A stretch of 64,000 nucleotides of DNA from Chiloscyllium plagiosum. Lineage: Eukaryota. The notes below the pieces were generated by a model that was not told the DNA's origin, made no database searches, and worked only from the letters and a program-made list of their open reading frames with translations. Position numbers and translations under genes: made by a program. Below, piece by piece: positions 37,601 to 50,119 of this stretch (its first letter is position 1; the number at the start of each line of letters is the position of its first letter). Where the stretch lies: positions 48,456,077 to 48,520,076 of the forward strand of contig NC_057728.1 of the NCBI RefSeq assembly GCF_004010195.1, read 5' to 3'.

Positions 37601-39849
37601 GTCAGGTCTTGTACAATTCTTATTAAGAAGCTTCTTAGTGGATTGCCTCAGGCTACATTATTTAGAAGCATACAATTTGAATTACGATTTAGCACCTGTA
37701 AACCTATTGCCTTACATGTTATGTCATTCCAAAAAAAAGCAAATGACACACAGTCCTATTGAGCATTGTAAAATCCACAGGGTGAAAAGCAGACAAGTTG
37801 TGTTATGGTGGATAGATTCTTACAGCCAATCATAAGTCCTTAACAATAGAGAGAAAACAAATAATTGGTATATACAATAAGCAACTAATTAACTTTTAGA
37901 AACCAGTCAAATCCATGAAAATAGAATCTTTTCAGGTTCCATTCTGGTTATTCAACAATGCAGTCTTCCAATATCTCCAGCACATCTGCCTCTATAAACT
38001 ATGCTTGAGGCCAGCAAACATGCTTGGGATTCTTGAAGAATGCATAACTAAATTGAACCTTGGAATGTTTATTTTTCCTTTTAGATATACCTAACTTTTC
38101 AGTTTTCCTCCGCACACATCAATACAGGTCTTCCATATGAGCGCACAATAAAAAAAAAGAACATGGGACTGAATTCACCAGATTCAAATGAAGTATCACC
38201 ATAATCAAAAATACTAATTTCTAAAAAGCAGCAGAGGCTTTACTTAGAGTAGAAGCATATGCAAAATAATCAGTAAGATCAAACCAGACTGGAAGTTAGT
38301 TAATCAGTATATTTATTACTGTTATTTTCACTTTTGTTCCCAAATATTGGGCACAGGTCTAACAGTTATTGATAGTATCGCTGTACCAATAAGTGATCAT
38401 TTTTACTACTGTTGCTTCATCTTGAATTCTAATTCCTGCAGTACTAGCATCATAGAATTAAGTACCATCACTTCATGTTTTGTGGGATATTTTAATATGA
38501 CCTGCTGGCATACTCAATTTATTTTGGTATTATTAAAGTGCTCTCTCTTACTAAAGGAAAACTGCTGGAAGGCCATTAATAAAAAGCAGAACAAAAGTTT
38601 ACACATCAAAGTACTGTCTCCCAAAAACTTGATCGAGTGCTTTATGTTAAATATAAATAAAGTCCATTAATTCATTTGCTTTTTTGAGGAAAGAAAAACT
38701 TGCAGAATTCCATGTATTCAGGTGGATTTTTATCCCTCTTCCCTGGGTCCCTTGGGACATACGGACTTTCCTCTAACAACACAGTCTGAATGCTTATGGT
38801 CACAAAGATAAATGAAATCCATCAGTAAGAAAAACATTTGAGGGGTATACAGGAAACAAAGAATGATTCAACGCATTTTGGTTTTTTTTCCATTCAACTG
38901 AGCTAACTCAGTGTGCAACTCTACTTTGTAGCATTATTCATAGCTTCATATAAACTCACTAGTTTCATTTGTTATAAACACAATTGAGAATTAAACATAT
39001 GCTACAGAATTCAGAGCTGTTGAAGTGAATTTGATGAATAATTAGACTTCTAGTTCACTGAAGCATCACGTAATTTCTTACAATAGTGTGGCTGCAGCCA
39101 TTTCATTCATCTTCAACAGCTGCTAATTCTAGATGGAAAAATTGGAAAAGTGGGAAAAATATATTGCCTTGGTAAGACATGATGTAGCTCCGAAAGCTCT
39201 GGGCTGATCACTTCATCAGATACGGCTTAGTCTAGAAAGCTTCAGTGTATGTGAAATTCATTTAGCATAGACAGCACAATAACAGACTAATCATTAGACA
39301 TGTTTTCTGCCATGCTGACAAGATTATGCTGTACTGGCCCCATCCATAAGTATGCTCACATCACACTGCCATTGTGCATCAAGAAACAAATCACAGATGC
39401 ACATGTACTAGCGCTAGTTGTTAACATGATTAGCACAAGTGGTTCCAGTTGTAGATTGGGGTCTGTATTGCTATTAGAAATAAGTAGGATAAATGCTTTA
39501 ATTTTCCTAATGGAGCCATTAGTGAAAACAGCACTTGTCTGCAGTCTGTTACATGTTGCAATTTAGTAATACTTTTACAAAAAGTAAGAAATTGAAAGGG
39601 TAACAATAGGCATCATAAGCAAAAATCATGTCATTGCCAGAAAGACACAACTAAGTGGAACAGCACCAGTAAACCTGAGCATTAGACATAAGTAGAAAAG
39701 CAAATCAATATTACCTTAATATATCTTTCAGTCATAGAACATAGAACAGTACAGTACAGAACAGGCCCTTCAGCCCACGATGTTGTGCCGACCACTGATC
39801 CTAATGTATGCACCCTCAAATTTCTGTGACCATATGCATGTCCAGGAGT

Positions 39850-42600
39850 CTCTTAAATGTCCCCAATGACCCTGCCTCCACAACTGCTGCTGGCAATACA
39901 TTCCATGCTCTCACAACTCTGTGTAAAGAACCCGCCTCTGACATCCCCTCTATACTTTCCTCCAACCAGCTTAAAACTATGACCCGTGTTAGAAGTGAAA
40001 TAGTCTCTGGCTATCGACTATCTATGCCTCTCATTATCTTGTATACCTCAATTAGGTCCCCTCTTCTCCTCCTTTTCTCCAATGAAAAAAGTCCGAGCTC
40101 AGTCAACCTCTCCTCATGAGATAAGCCCTCCAGTCCAGGCAGCCTCCTGGTAAACCTTCTCTGAACCCGCTCCAAAGCATCCACATCTTTCTTATAATAG
40201 GGCGACCAGATCTGGATGCAGTATTCCAAGTGCGGTCTAACCAAAGTTTTATAGAGCTGCAACAAGATCTCACGACTCTTAAACTCAATCCCCCTGTTAA
40301 TGAAAGCCAAAACACCACATGCTTTCTTAACAACCCTGTCCACTTGGGTGGCCATTTTAAGGGATCTATGTATCTGCACCCCAAGATCCCTTTGTTCCTC
40401 CACACTGCCAAAAATCCTATCCTTAATCCTGTACTCAGCTTTCAAATTCGACTTCCAAAATGCATCACCTCCCATTTATCCAGGTTGAACTCCATCTGCC
40501 ATTTCTCAGCCCATCTCTGCATCCCGTCAATGTCCCGCTGCAGCCTACAACAGCCCTTTACACTGTCAACGACACCTCCAACTTTTGTGTCATCTGCAAA
40601 CTTGCTGACCCATCCTTCAATCCCCTCATCCAAGTCATTAATAAAAATTACAAATAATAGAGGCCCAAGGACAGAGCCCTGTGGAACACCACTCACCACA
40701 GGCTTCCAGGCAGAATATTTTCCTTCTACTACCACTCGCTGTCTTCTGTTGGCCAGCCAATTCTGTATCCAGACAGCAATGTTCCCCTGAATCCCATTCC
40801 TCCTAACCTTCTGAATGAGCCTACCATGGGGAACCTTATCAAATGCCTTGCTGAAGTCCATATACACAACATCCACAGTTCGACCCACATTAACTTTTCT
40901 AGTCACATCCTCAAAGAGCTCAATAAGATTTGTGAGGCATGAGCTGCCCCTCACAAAGCCGTGTTGACTGCATTTAATCAAGCCATGCTCTTCCAGATGG
41001 TCATAAACTCTATCCCTCAGAATCCTTTCTAACACCTTGCAGACGACAGACGTGAGACTTACTGGTCTATAATTGCCGGGGATTTCCCTATCTCCTTTCT
41101 TGAAGAGAGGAATTACATTTGCCTCTCTCCAGTCATCAGGTACGACTCCAGTGGAGAGCTAGGATGAAAAGATCTTCGCCAGTAGCGAAGCAATTGCATT
41201 TCTCGTTTCCCAAAGCAGCAGAGGACAAATCTGGTCTGGGCCTGGCGACTTGTCAATCTTACTGTTTGACAAAATTTTCAGCACATCAGCCTCCTCTATC
41301 TCTATCCATTTAAGCAGGCACACCTGCTCTTCAAAGGTTTCATTCACTACAAAGTTCATTTCTTTCGTAAAGACAGAAGCAAAAAAAACTCATTTAGGGT
41401 TCCCCTACCTCCTCAGACTCCAGACACAAAGTCCCTATGCTATCCCTGATCAGCCCTACTCTTTCTTTGACCATTCTCTTATTCCTCACATAAGTGTAAA
41501 ATGCCTTTGTGTCCTCCCTCATCCGTTCTGCCAAGCCTTTCTCGTGCCCCCTCCTGGCTCTCCTCAGACCATTTTTAAGCTCCTTCCTCGCCTGCCTGTA
41601 ATCCTCTAGAGCTGAGCTTGACCCTAACTTCCTCCACCTTACGTAAGCTACCTTTTTCCTTTTGACGAGAAGCTCCACCGCTCTCGTCATCCAAGGTTCC
41701 TTTATCTTACCACTTCTTGCCTGTCTCAGAGGGACATATTTATTCATCACTTGCAACAACTGTTCCTTAAATAGTCTCCACATGTCTATAGTGCCTTTAC
41801 CATGGAACAATTGCTTCCAATCCATGCTTCCTAACTCATGTCTAATCGCATCATAGTTTCCTCTTCCCCAATTAAATATCCTCCCATTTTGCCTAATCCT
41901 CTCCTTCTCCATAACTATGTAGAATGTGAGGTAGTTGTGGTCACTATCACCAAAATTCTCTCCCACCACAAGATCGGATACCTGCCCCTGCTCATTGCCG
42001 AGCACTAAGTCTAGAATGGCCTCTCCCCTCATCGGCCTGTCAACGTACTGAGTTAGGAAACCTGACAACTTACAAAAACAGCTCCATTCAAATCTTCTGC
42101 TCGAAGGAGGTTCCAATGAATACTGGGAAAGTTAAAGTCACCCATTACAACAATCCTACTATGTCCACACTTTTCCAAAATCTGCCGACCTATGCTTTCT
42201 TACATCTCCCTGCTGCTATTGGGGGGCCTGTAGTAAACCCCTAATGAGGTGACTGCTCCCTTGCTGTTCCTAATTTCCACCCATACTGACTCGGTAGGCA
42301 GATCTTCCTCGACAATGGAAGCTTCTGTAGCTGTGATACCCTCTCCGATTAGTAGTGCTACACCCCCTCCTCTTTTTCCCCCCTCCCTATTCTTTTTAAA
42401 TGCTCTCAACCCTGGAACATCCAGCAACCATTCCTGCCCCTGAGAAACCCATGTCTCTGTTATGGCCACAACATCATAGCACCAGGTACTGATCCATGCT
42501 CTAATTTCGTCACTTTTATTCCTGATACTCCTTGCGTTAAAGCAAACACACTTTAACTGATACCTTGGTTCCTTGCCAGGAAAATCCTTCCCACTAGCTG
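39850..42600 (-). pseudogene. CR1 ORF2p: APE endonuclease and reverse transcriptase (several frameshifts)
   Basis: FNARSIRNK, DVVAITETW, YYRPPN, SDHN; YMDFSKAFDKVPH, GVPQGSVLGP, FADDTK, LVRPHLEYC. Confidence 0.95.
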
Positions 42601-42678
42601 GTCTACCTCTTGCTATTACCTCATGTGCATCAACTCTCACCTCCGGTATACAGCTCAGGTTCCCACCCCCCTGCCATA

Positions 42679-43612
42679 CTAGTTTAAACCCTCTCGAACT
42701 ACTCGAGCAAACCTTCCACCCAGGACATTGGTCCCCTTCCAGTTCAGATGCAACCCGTCCTTCTTGTACAGATCCCACCTTCCCCAGAAGGCATCCCAAT
42801 TATCTACATATCTGAAGCCCTCCCTCCTACACCAGCTGCGCAGCCACATATTAAGCTGCGCCCTCTCCCTGTTCCTCGCCTCGCTATCTCGTGGCACCGG
42901 TAGTAAACTAGAGAACACTACTCTGTTCGTCCTGCTTTGCAGCTTCCATCCTAACTCCCAGAAATCACGTTTTATATCTTCAATCCTTTTCCTGGCTATA
43001 TCAGTGCCAATATCTAACAAGATTTCTGGCTGTTCTCCCTCCCCTTTTAGAACCTTACAACACCCGATCGGAGAAGTCCCGGACCCTGGCACCAGGGAGG
43101 CAACATACCTTCCGGGAATCCCGATCCTGACCACAAAATCTCCTGTCGATTCCCCTAAATATCGAGTCCCCTACCACAAGTACTTTTCTATTCTGCCCCC
43201 TTCCCTTCTTTGCCACAGTGTCAGACTCAGTGCCAGAGAACTGACCGCTATGGCTTTCCTCTGGTAGGTCATCCCCCCCAGCAGTATCCAAAATGGTATA
43301 CTTATTGATGAGGGGAACGTCCACAGGGGATCTCTGCACTGTCTGACTGTCCCCTTTCCTCCCCCTAACTATAACCCATTTATCCTTGTCCTGAGCCTTA
43401 GGAGTGACCAACTCCCGGTAACTCCTCTCAATTACCCCCTCAGCCTCCCGAATGATCCGTAGTTCATCCAGCTCCAGCTCCAATTCCCTAACACGGTTTT
43501 CAAGGAGCTGGAGTTGGGTGCACTTCCCACAGACGTAGCCAGCGGAGACGTGTGCCATGTCTTCCACCTGCCACATTCTACAGGAGCAGCAAGCAACTGC
43601 CCTAGCATCCAT
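42679..43612 (-). pseudogene. CR1 ORF1p: Cys-rich finger, coiled coil and SGNH esterase (frameshifted near 43060)
   Basis: CCSC..CGKC, LLENRVRELELELDEL, VVGDS, CLPGARV, IGTD, DGLHLN. Confidence 0.9.
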
Positions 43613-44364
43613 ACCCGACTTATCTGAACACCCACTCAGTACTAAAGTAGAAAGCTTAGTTCAAGTTGCTATAAAATCAATAACAAACTTGATGACTATT
43701 CAACAGGCAAATCAGACATTCCACCATGCTTTCTTTAAAACAATACTGGGATGAATTCATTTGCACATCTTAATTTTGGATAGTTGAGCAGGATCTGGAT
43801 AAGCTGGGAAATAACAATGTTGCAAATTTACTGTTGCACTAAGCACTTGGGGATTTTTTTCTCTTTTATCTGTACAGTAGAGCAATTTACCTGTGGGAGT
43901 ATAACAAATCCAAAAGGTTTATGAATTCTTGCTTAAAGTTTGAAATTGTTCACACAATGAATTATTGAACCATATTGTGCAGAAGAACTGTACGAGTATT
44001 ACTGGTCTGGTGTTAATTACATTTCATCAACCTCAGAACACAAAGAAAGCCAGTGTATACTACTCAGCCACTTAACAACAGTAGTATGACTCTTTCCTAG
44101 CTCATCTGCAATCAAGCAACAAATATAGAAATAACTTTGACATTTTAAACTAGTTCAGAGTCTGCGACACTAATATTTCTAACTACTAGTTGATATGACT
44201 GATAAGGAATCCTGCAGTTTCTAGAAAATTCCAGTTAAATTTACAGATTACTCAATAGGTAACCAGATACCACACTGGGCTTACATTCAGCTTTTTCCTT
44301 TTGGCAAGCTAGCTGAAGGGTAGTCCTGTTGACGGAGATGAATGAATCCTCTCTCCATCACCTG

Positions 44365-46345
44365 TAGTCCAGTTGGAAGCACTCTTGTCCGAATCAGAAG
44401 GTTTTGTGGGTTCAAGCACCACTGCAGAAACTTGGACACAAAATATACACTAACACTCTAAATGAGCACTGAAAACATGCTGCATAGTCAGTGTGATACC
44501 ATCCTTCATAAGAGATATTAAACAGAGGCCCAATCTGCTCTTTCAGGTGAGATAAAACATCCCCAGGTTTTATGTAAAAGAGAAGCAAAGCTATTTTTCC
44601 AGGAATCCTATTAATTTTAAATCACTATCAGTAAAAATAAATAATTTGGAAGTGCCGGTGTTGGACTGGGGTAGACAAAGTTAAAAATCACACAGCACCA
44701 GGTTATAGTCCAAAATGTTTATTTGGAAGCACTAGTTTTTGAAGCGCTGCTCCTTCATCAGGTGGCTGTGGATATAAGATCATATGACACAGAATTTATA
44801 GCAATGGAGTTAGAGTGTCACGGTGCTGTAATGATGTATTAAACAAATGTAGGTTAAGTCTTTCATCTTTTAGAATGGGATATGCTAGTTTCAGTTCTTT
44901 TACATCTATATCCCAGAACTCCTTTTAAGTCTCATTCTCAAGATAGCTTTAGCTTTTCTAACAATAGGTGGCATCTCAGTTCAGACAATGCATTATAGGT
45001 GTGAGGTTAAAGTTTGTCTGTGTCCCAATGTTGGATTTATGCAGTTTTGAGCAAAATAAAATGCAATTCTGCAAATATAAATTCACCTCATAAGTTTATG
45101 TGTGTGTGCAAGCAGGACAGAGCGAGTGAGCGAGCGAGCATGTGAAAGAGTATGTGTGAGTGTGTGATGGGGTATAAGCCTGTGAGAGGGTGTATGCATG
45201 GGTGAGTGTAGGAGATGCATGTGTGCACATGTGAATGAGTGAATGATCAAGAGAGAGTGAGCGAAAGAGAGAGCAGGAGAAAATAGTGCAGTGAGGTCAC
45301 CTGTAGTATGAAATGAACCCAGGGTTCCACTTAAGGCCATTCTCATGGGTGATAGCTTGGCTATCAGCCTCTGCTCAGCCACTTTGCGTTGTTGCTTGTC
45401 CCCAAGTCCACCTGGGAGGATGGTCATCTGAAGGTCCAAGACTGAATGCCCCAGACTGCTGAACTGTTCCCCTACCGGGGAAGAGCACTCCTGCCTGGCG
45501 TTTGTTGTGCATTGTCCATTCGTCCGTTGTTGTAGCGTCTGCTGGTCTCACCAATGTACCACGCCTCAGGGCATCCTTGCCTGCAGCGTATGAGATAAAC
45601 AACACTGGAAAAGTCACGAGGACCTGTCACATTCACAGTGAGAGGAGTCACCACGTGCAATGGTGGTATCCGTGTCAACACTCTGACACGTCTTGCAGCT
45701 GCTGCTGTCACAGGGTTGTGTGGTGTAGTCCTGGGCAGTTTGCTGCAAACAATGATCCATTTGAGGTTTGGTGGTTATTTAAAGGAGAGAAGTGGAGGTG
45801 TGGGGAAGGTCTTGTCGAGGTGCTTATCCTCATTGATAACGTGTTGCAGGCTGCAAAGAATATGGCGCAGTTTTTCGACTCCCGGGAAGTATTGGACAAC
45901 GAAAGGTACCTATTGGTTGTAGCTCATGTCTGTCTCCTAAGGAGGTCATTATGGTTTCTCGCTGTGGCACGTCAGAACTGGCAGTCAATGAGTTGACCAT
46001 CGTACCCTGATCTTATGAGGGCATCCTTGAGCACTTTCAAGTGTCTGTCACATTCCTCCTCATCTGAACAGATCCTGTGTATGTGTAGGGCTTGTTGCTG
46101 GGGATGGCTGTTTTAATATGTTTTAAAGGGAAGCTAGAGAAGTATAGCATCATGAGGTAATCTGTGGGTTTATGGTACAGTGAGGTGCAAAGGTGTTAAA
46201 AGTAAAGAGAAAGATTATCTTGTCACTGCCACGTTGCTCTTTGTGGAGCCATCTATGCATAAATTAGCTGTCATGTTTCCTATGTAACAGTGACAACAGT
46301 GTCAAAGTTCCTTATTGGTTATTTGAGCTTTGGGACTTCTGGAGA
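44365..46345 (+). mobile_element. Deu-domain (SacSINE1/AmnSINE-type) SINE split by a Penelope insertion: pieces 44365-44645 and ~46205-46345
   Basis: tRNA head ..GGTTCAAGCACC, body TTAAACAGAGGCCC, resuming at AGATTATCTTGTCA..TTGCTCTTTGTGG..AAATTAGCTG..TTTCCTA. Confidence 0.7.
44646..46195 (-). mobile_element. 5'-truncated Penelope-like element (RT C-terminus, GIY-YIG, 3' region with hammerhead)
   Basis: SSVVYLIRCRQGCPEAWYIGET (ORF 45472..45711); hammerhead CAC-CUGAUGA-A-GGAGC-AGC-GCUUC-AAAA-ACUA-GUG at 44730-44764. Confidence 0.9.
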
Positions 46346-47902
46346 CAACCCTTACCTGATTCTTACACTGTTGGGTCTGCTTTTGTCAGCTCTACCAATC
46401 CCTTCCTACCCCTCTCTGCACATCAAATATTCTGCAGAATGGAAGGATGCAAACAGTCAGCGTCAGTCATTTCTTCTGTATAGCCCTGAAAATTATCCAT
46501 ATTCTCAAAAGCTCATTGTGGACAAGTTCACTAACACCTTTGGCCTTCAAAACAATGCTTCCCATCTCACTGTAAAAATCAATTCTCCCTTGACTGTACA
46601 TTTTGTGTTTGTTTCCCCAAAACACACTTTCCCTCCTCAATCACAGCCTGCAGGGTCTTTGTGTCATTCATGCTTGCAGCTCAATGACCAAATCTCTCCT
46701 AGTCAAGGCACAATATTTCATCATGGTGACACCTACTTTCTTGCTGCAATGTTTATTCATTCAAGCTGTTGCTATAATATTCTAACTGCCTTTCTGGCAT
46801 CAAATTCTCAACTAATGAAAGCTAAAAGTAAATCTCTGGTTTTGGCTCAGACTCAGTAAATCCTCTGACTATTCACCAATGCTTCTACCACTCCCTCACT
46901 GCTGTTAAAGATATCATTCATTTCTTGGTCACCATTAGGTCAATTTTCTAAAGCTCTACAAACCAGCTCCACTGTTTCACCCTTTACAAGCTTCAGCTAA
47001 TCCTTATCCTTGCAGACCACATATCCGTTACCACTATATTCCACTTACTATAGCTGTCGGGAAATAACGGTGATGGCACTATTAACCATGATTTCTTAAT
47101 GTATCGTCTTCAATTACAAGACCACAAACCCATAAATTCCGCTGAATCTAGATTACAGCTCTGGTCCAGTCTTTCAGATATAATTCTGACACTTCTAAAA
47201 TCTCTATCATCTTGCAACCCACCCAGTTTTCAAAACGCCTCTTAAATCTTACTTCTTCCAACTTCATCATTGGTCTCTTCTTACTCAAATGATAAGGTCT
47301 CAGCACCCTTCCCCCCTCCGTTATACTGCTTAAACACTACGATGTTCTTTGGAGTTGCAATAAAAATGAACCACATGCACAGAATAAGGAAGACAGTAAA
47401 AAGATTATATTTCTTAAATGTACATTAAAGCTCACAAAACATTGGGAGATGTGTTGGGAGGAGATCTATCTACAGTCTGGACAATAATATTGGTGATTTT
47501 AACTATTCCCTTAAATCAGTTTATTTTGGAAAAGTAAGTGGTCAAAGCGGGGAACACATTTCTTAGACCAGTATTGTGAACACAGCCCAACTCGGGGAAA
47601 AAAAACTTCACAGAATGAGGTCATTCCTACAATAGCTTTTCAAACATGCATCCTTATTGAGTGCCTGCATTTTCCCCATACCCTTGCATATTTCTATCCA
47701 AATAGTCATCATGCCACATTTGATTTAATTTCTGGAAAACAAACAACATCAGAATACAGGAATTGGAAAATAACAACCATGTCACAATTAGATTCAATGT
47801 GAAATAAAAATACATAGAATAGGAAGGCTGCACCAGAAGAAAATAGTAAGGTTACCCTATTAGTGGAATAATAGCAAAGTTGTCAAATACATATCTATAT
47901 GT

Positions 47903-48215
47903 AGGGTGGCACAGTGGCTCAGTGGTTAGCACTGCTACCTCACAGCACCAAGGACCTGGGTTCGATTCCCACTTCAAGTGACTGTCTGTGTGGAGTTTGC
48001 ACAATTTCCCAGTGTCTGGATGGGTTTCCTCCGGGTGCTCCGGTTTCCTCCCACACTCCAAAAGATGTGCAGGTCAGACAAACTGGCCATGCTAAACTGC
48101 CCATAACGTTAGGTGAATAGTCAGGGGTAAATGTAGGGAAAGGAGTCCAGATGGATTACTCTTCGGAGGGTTGGTGTGGACTTGTTGGGCCGAAGGGCCT
48201 GTTTTCACACTGTAA
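47903..48215 (+). mobile_element. HE1-type V-SINE
   Basis: GGTGGCACAGTGGCTCAGTGGTTAGC..GGTTCGATTCC head; full body. Confidence 0.9.
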
Positions 48216-48349
48216 AGTATATAAATGACATATATACACGTGAAGACAAAAGGGGTGTATCAACTGATAAGAACTCCTTTTTAAGTTTTTCATATGCATA
48301 ATCATTTCCTTGCCATACTATCTCCCACATCCTCTTCAGTCCCATAGTT

Positions 48350-48645
48350 TTGATCATTAACTGAAATGCTGAAGGAATGGCTTTACATTTTCAAGTCAGG
48401 ATGGTGAGTGGTTTTAAGGGGAACTTGCAGGTGGTGGTATTCCCAAGTATCTGCTGTTCTTGTCTTTCTAGATGGTGGCAGTCATGGGCTTGAAAAGATG
48501 CTGTCTCAGGAACCTCAGTGAATTTACACAACACATCTTGTCAACAGTACACACAGCTGCTACTGAGCGTCTGTGAAGAGGCCAGTGAATATGCATACAT
48601 ATAACATCAGGCAAATGAGCTGCTTTGTAATGGGATAGTGTCAAG
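48350..48645 (-). mobile_element. CR1/L2-clade LINE fragment
   Basis: Its right end (GCTGCTTTGTAATGGGATAGTGTCAAG) resembles the fragment at 37098-37125. Confidence 0.5.
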
Positions 48646-48647
48646 CA

Positions 48648-48953
48648 CCATCTTCCTAACCTGCAATCTTCTTCCTGACCTCTCCGCCCCCATCCCCACT
48701 CCGCCTATCATCCTCACCTTATCACCCTCACCTTAACCTCCCTCTACCTATCGCATTTCCAACGCCCCTCCCCCAAGTCCCTCCTCCCTATCTTTTATCA
48801 TCGCCTGCTTGGCACACTTTCCTCATTCCTGAAGAAGGGCTCATGCCTGAAACGTCAATTCTCCTGCTCCTTGGATGCTGCCTGACCTGCTGCGCTTTTC
48901 TAGCAACACATTTTCAGCTCTGATCTCCAGCATCTGCAGTCCTCACTTTCTCC
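48648..48953 (+). mobile_element. Penelope 3' end with an intact-core hammerhead (48825-48860)
   Basis: C-rich region, then CTGAAGA-A-GGGC-TCAT-GCCT-GAAA-CGTC and the tail shared with the mini elements (..CTGCAGTCCTCACTTTCTCC). Confidence 0.8.
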
Positions 48954-50119
48954 TTCAGTACTCTTAACCAAGGTAGATGGCCTGACTTGACAGTTTAAAA
49001 AAAAGTGAGAGAAGTTGCAGTACAACTTGTTAGAGTACATTTCTGCTTCTACTAATGGTCCTCAGCACCTCATGGACGTCCAGAAATGTTCTCTTTAAGC
49101 TGCGTGGCAACACACAGGTTCATGCAGCAGACGGTAGAGGACCTAATTCCTCTCAATGCGATGAAATAACAGAGGAGCTACTGACCAATTTACTCTAAAG
49201 CTTGCCACTTCCACCTATTTAGAATTTTAAGGCTCCGTGCACAGCAAATAATGTCAGCATGCCGATTGTGGCATCAACATCCTGTTCCAAAAGTTACTGC
49301 ACTGCTCTGTGGAGGTCCTTGCAGCCATGATGAAAATTACAAGGAACACCGGTACCCAGTCTTGAATTGTTAGATCTGTTCAAAGCCTATCCCAGTTAGA
49401 ATGGTGGTAGCGCCACACAACACAATGAAGCGCATCTTACCCTCACCACTAATTTCATCTCCCTCTGCAGCCACTGTAGGCACAGTTAGACTATTCACAA
49501 ACTCAACATGTTTTTTGATGGTAAGCATTTAAAAAGTTTTAAAAACTGCTAAGGCATTAAAGTTAACATTGTAGAGGATGAAAGTATGGCAAAGCTGTTA
49601 AATATTTTACATCATTTTCTCAATAAAAAATATTCCAAATGCAAAACTGCAGATGTACTGGAAAGTGATGTGAAAAACAATTAGAGATCATTGTAAAATA
49701 GAAGTTTGTGTCCAAATAAAATAGCAACAGTAAAGGTTTGCAGCCTTGATAGTTAAGACTGGTGCAGGACATCAGAAATGAAACTGCAGGAAAACAGTAA
49801 AGATATGATGGGGCACTGACCTAGAACATAACAAATCTCCATAAAATTACAAATCTTTGTAAACACACAGAAGATAGGAGGACCTAATTCCTCTCAATAC
49901 AATGAGATAACAAAATAACTACTGACCAATTACTTTAAAGCTTGCTACAGAAACTTATTCAGAATTTTAAATCAACACTAGTCAACTTTTGATATGCATA
50001 AGCCAATCAAGAACAGCAAGTTTGGATTTCTTTAAAGCAAGTTGGTTTGATAATGTATTGAGAAAAGTACACTGATTTGATAAAAGAAATATAGATTAGT
50101 TCCTATGGTAGGTGTATAT

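Larger units (their letters stand above)
39731..43690 (-). mobile_element. Near-full-length CR1 LINE
   Basis: ORF1 + ORF2 + 3' tail (CTATGTT)n, colinear over ~4 kb. The 5' boundary is approximate and no TSD was found. Confidence 0.95.

Noticed and set aside
39179..39232. Hammerhead-like or C/D-box-like pieces (CTCCGAAAGCTC on +, CTGATGA on -)
   Set aside because: The core halves are on opposite strands and the C-D spacing is too short; no foldable motif.
40230..40790. Long plus-strand ORFs (also 42728..43267 and 45502..45996)
   Set aside because: Antisense shadows of CR1 or Penelope coding sequence.
46290..46859. 189-aa ORF
   Set aside because: Starts inside a SINE tail, has no motifs, and is probably within decayed LINE sequence.
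47903..47975. tRNA-like A/B boxes (also 4050, 11581, 24747)
   Set aside because: SINE heads continuing into SINE bodies, not tRNA genes.
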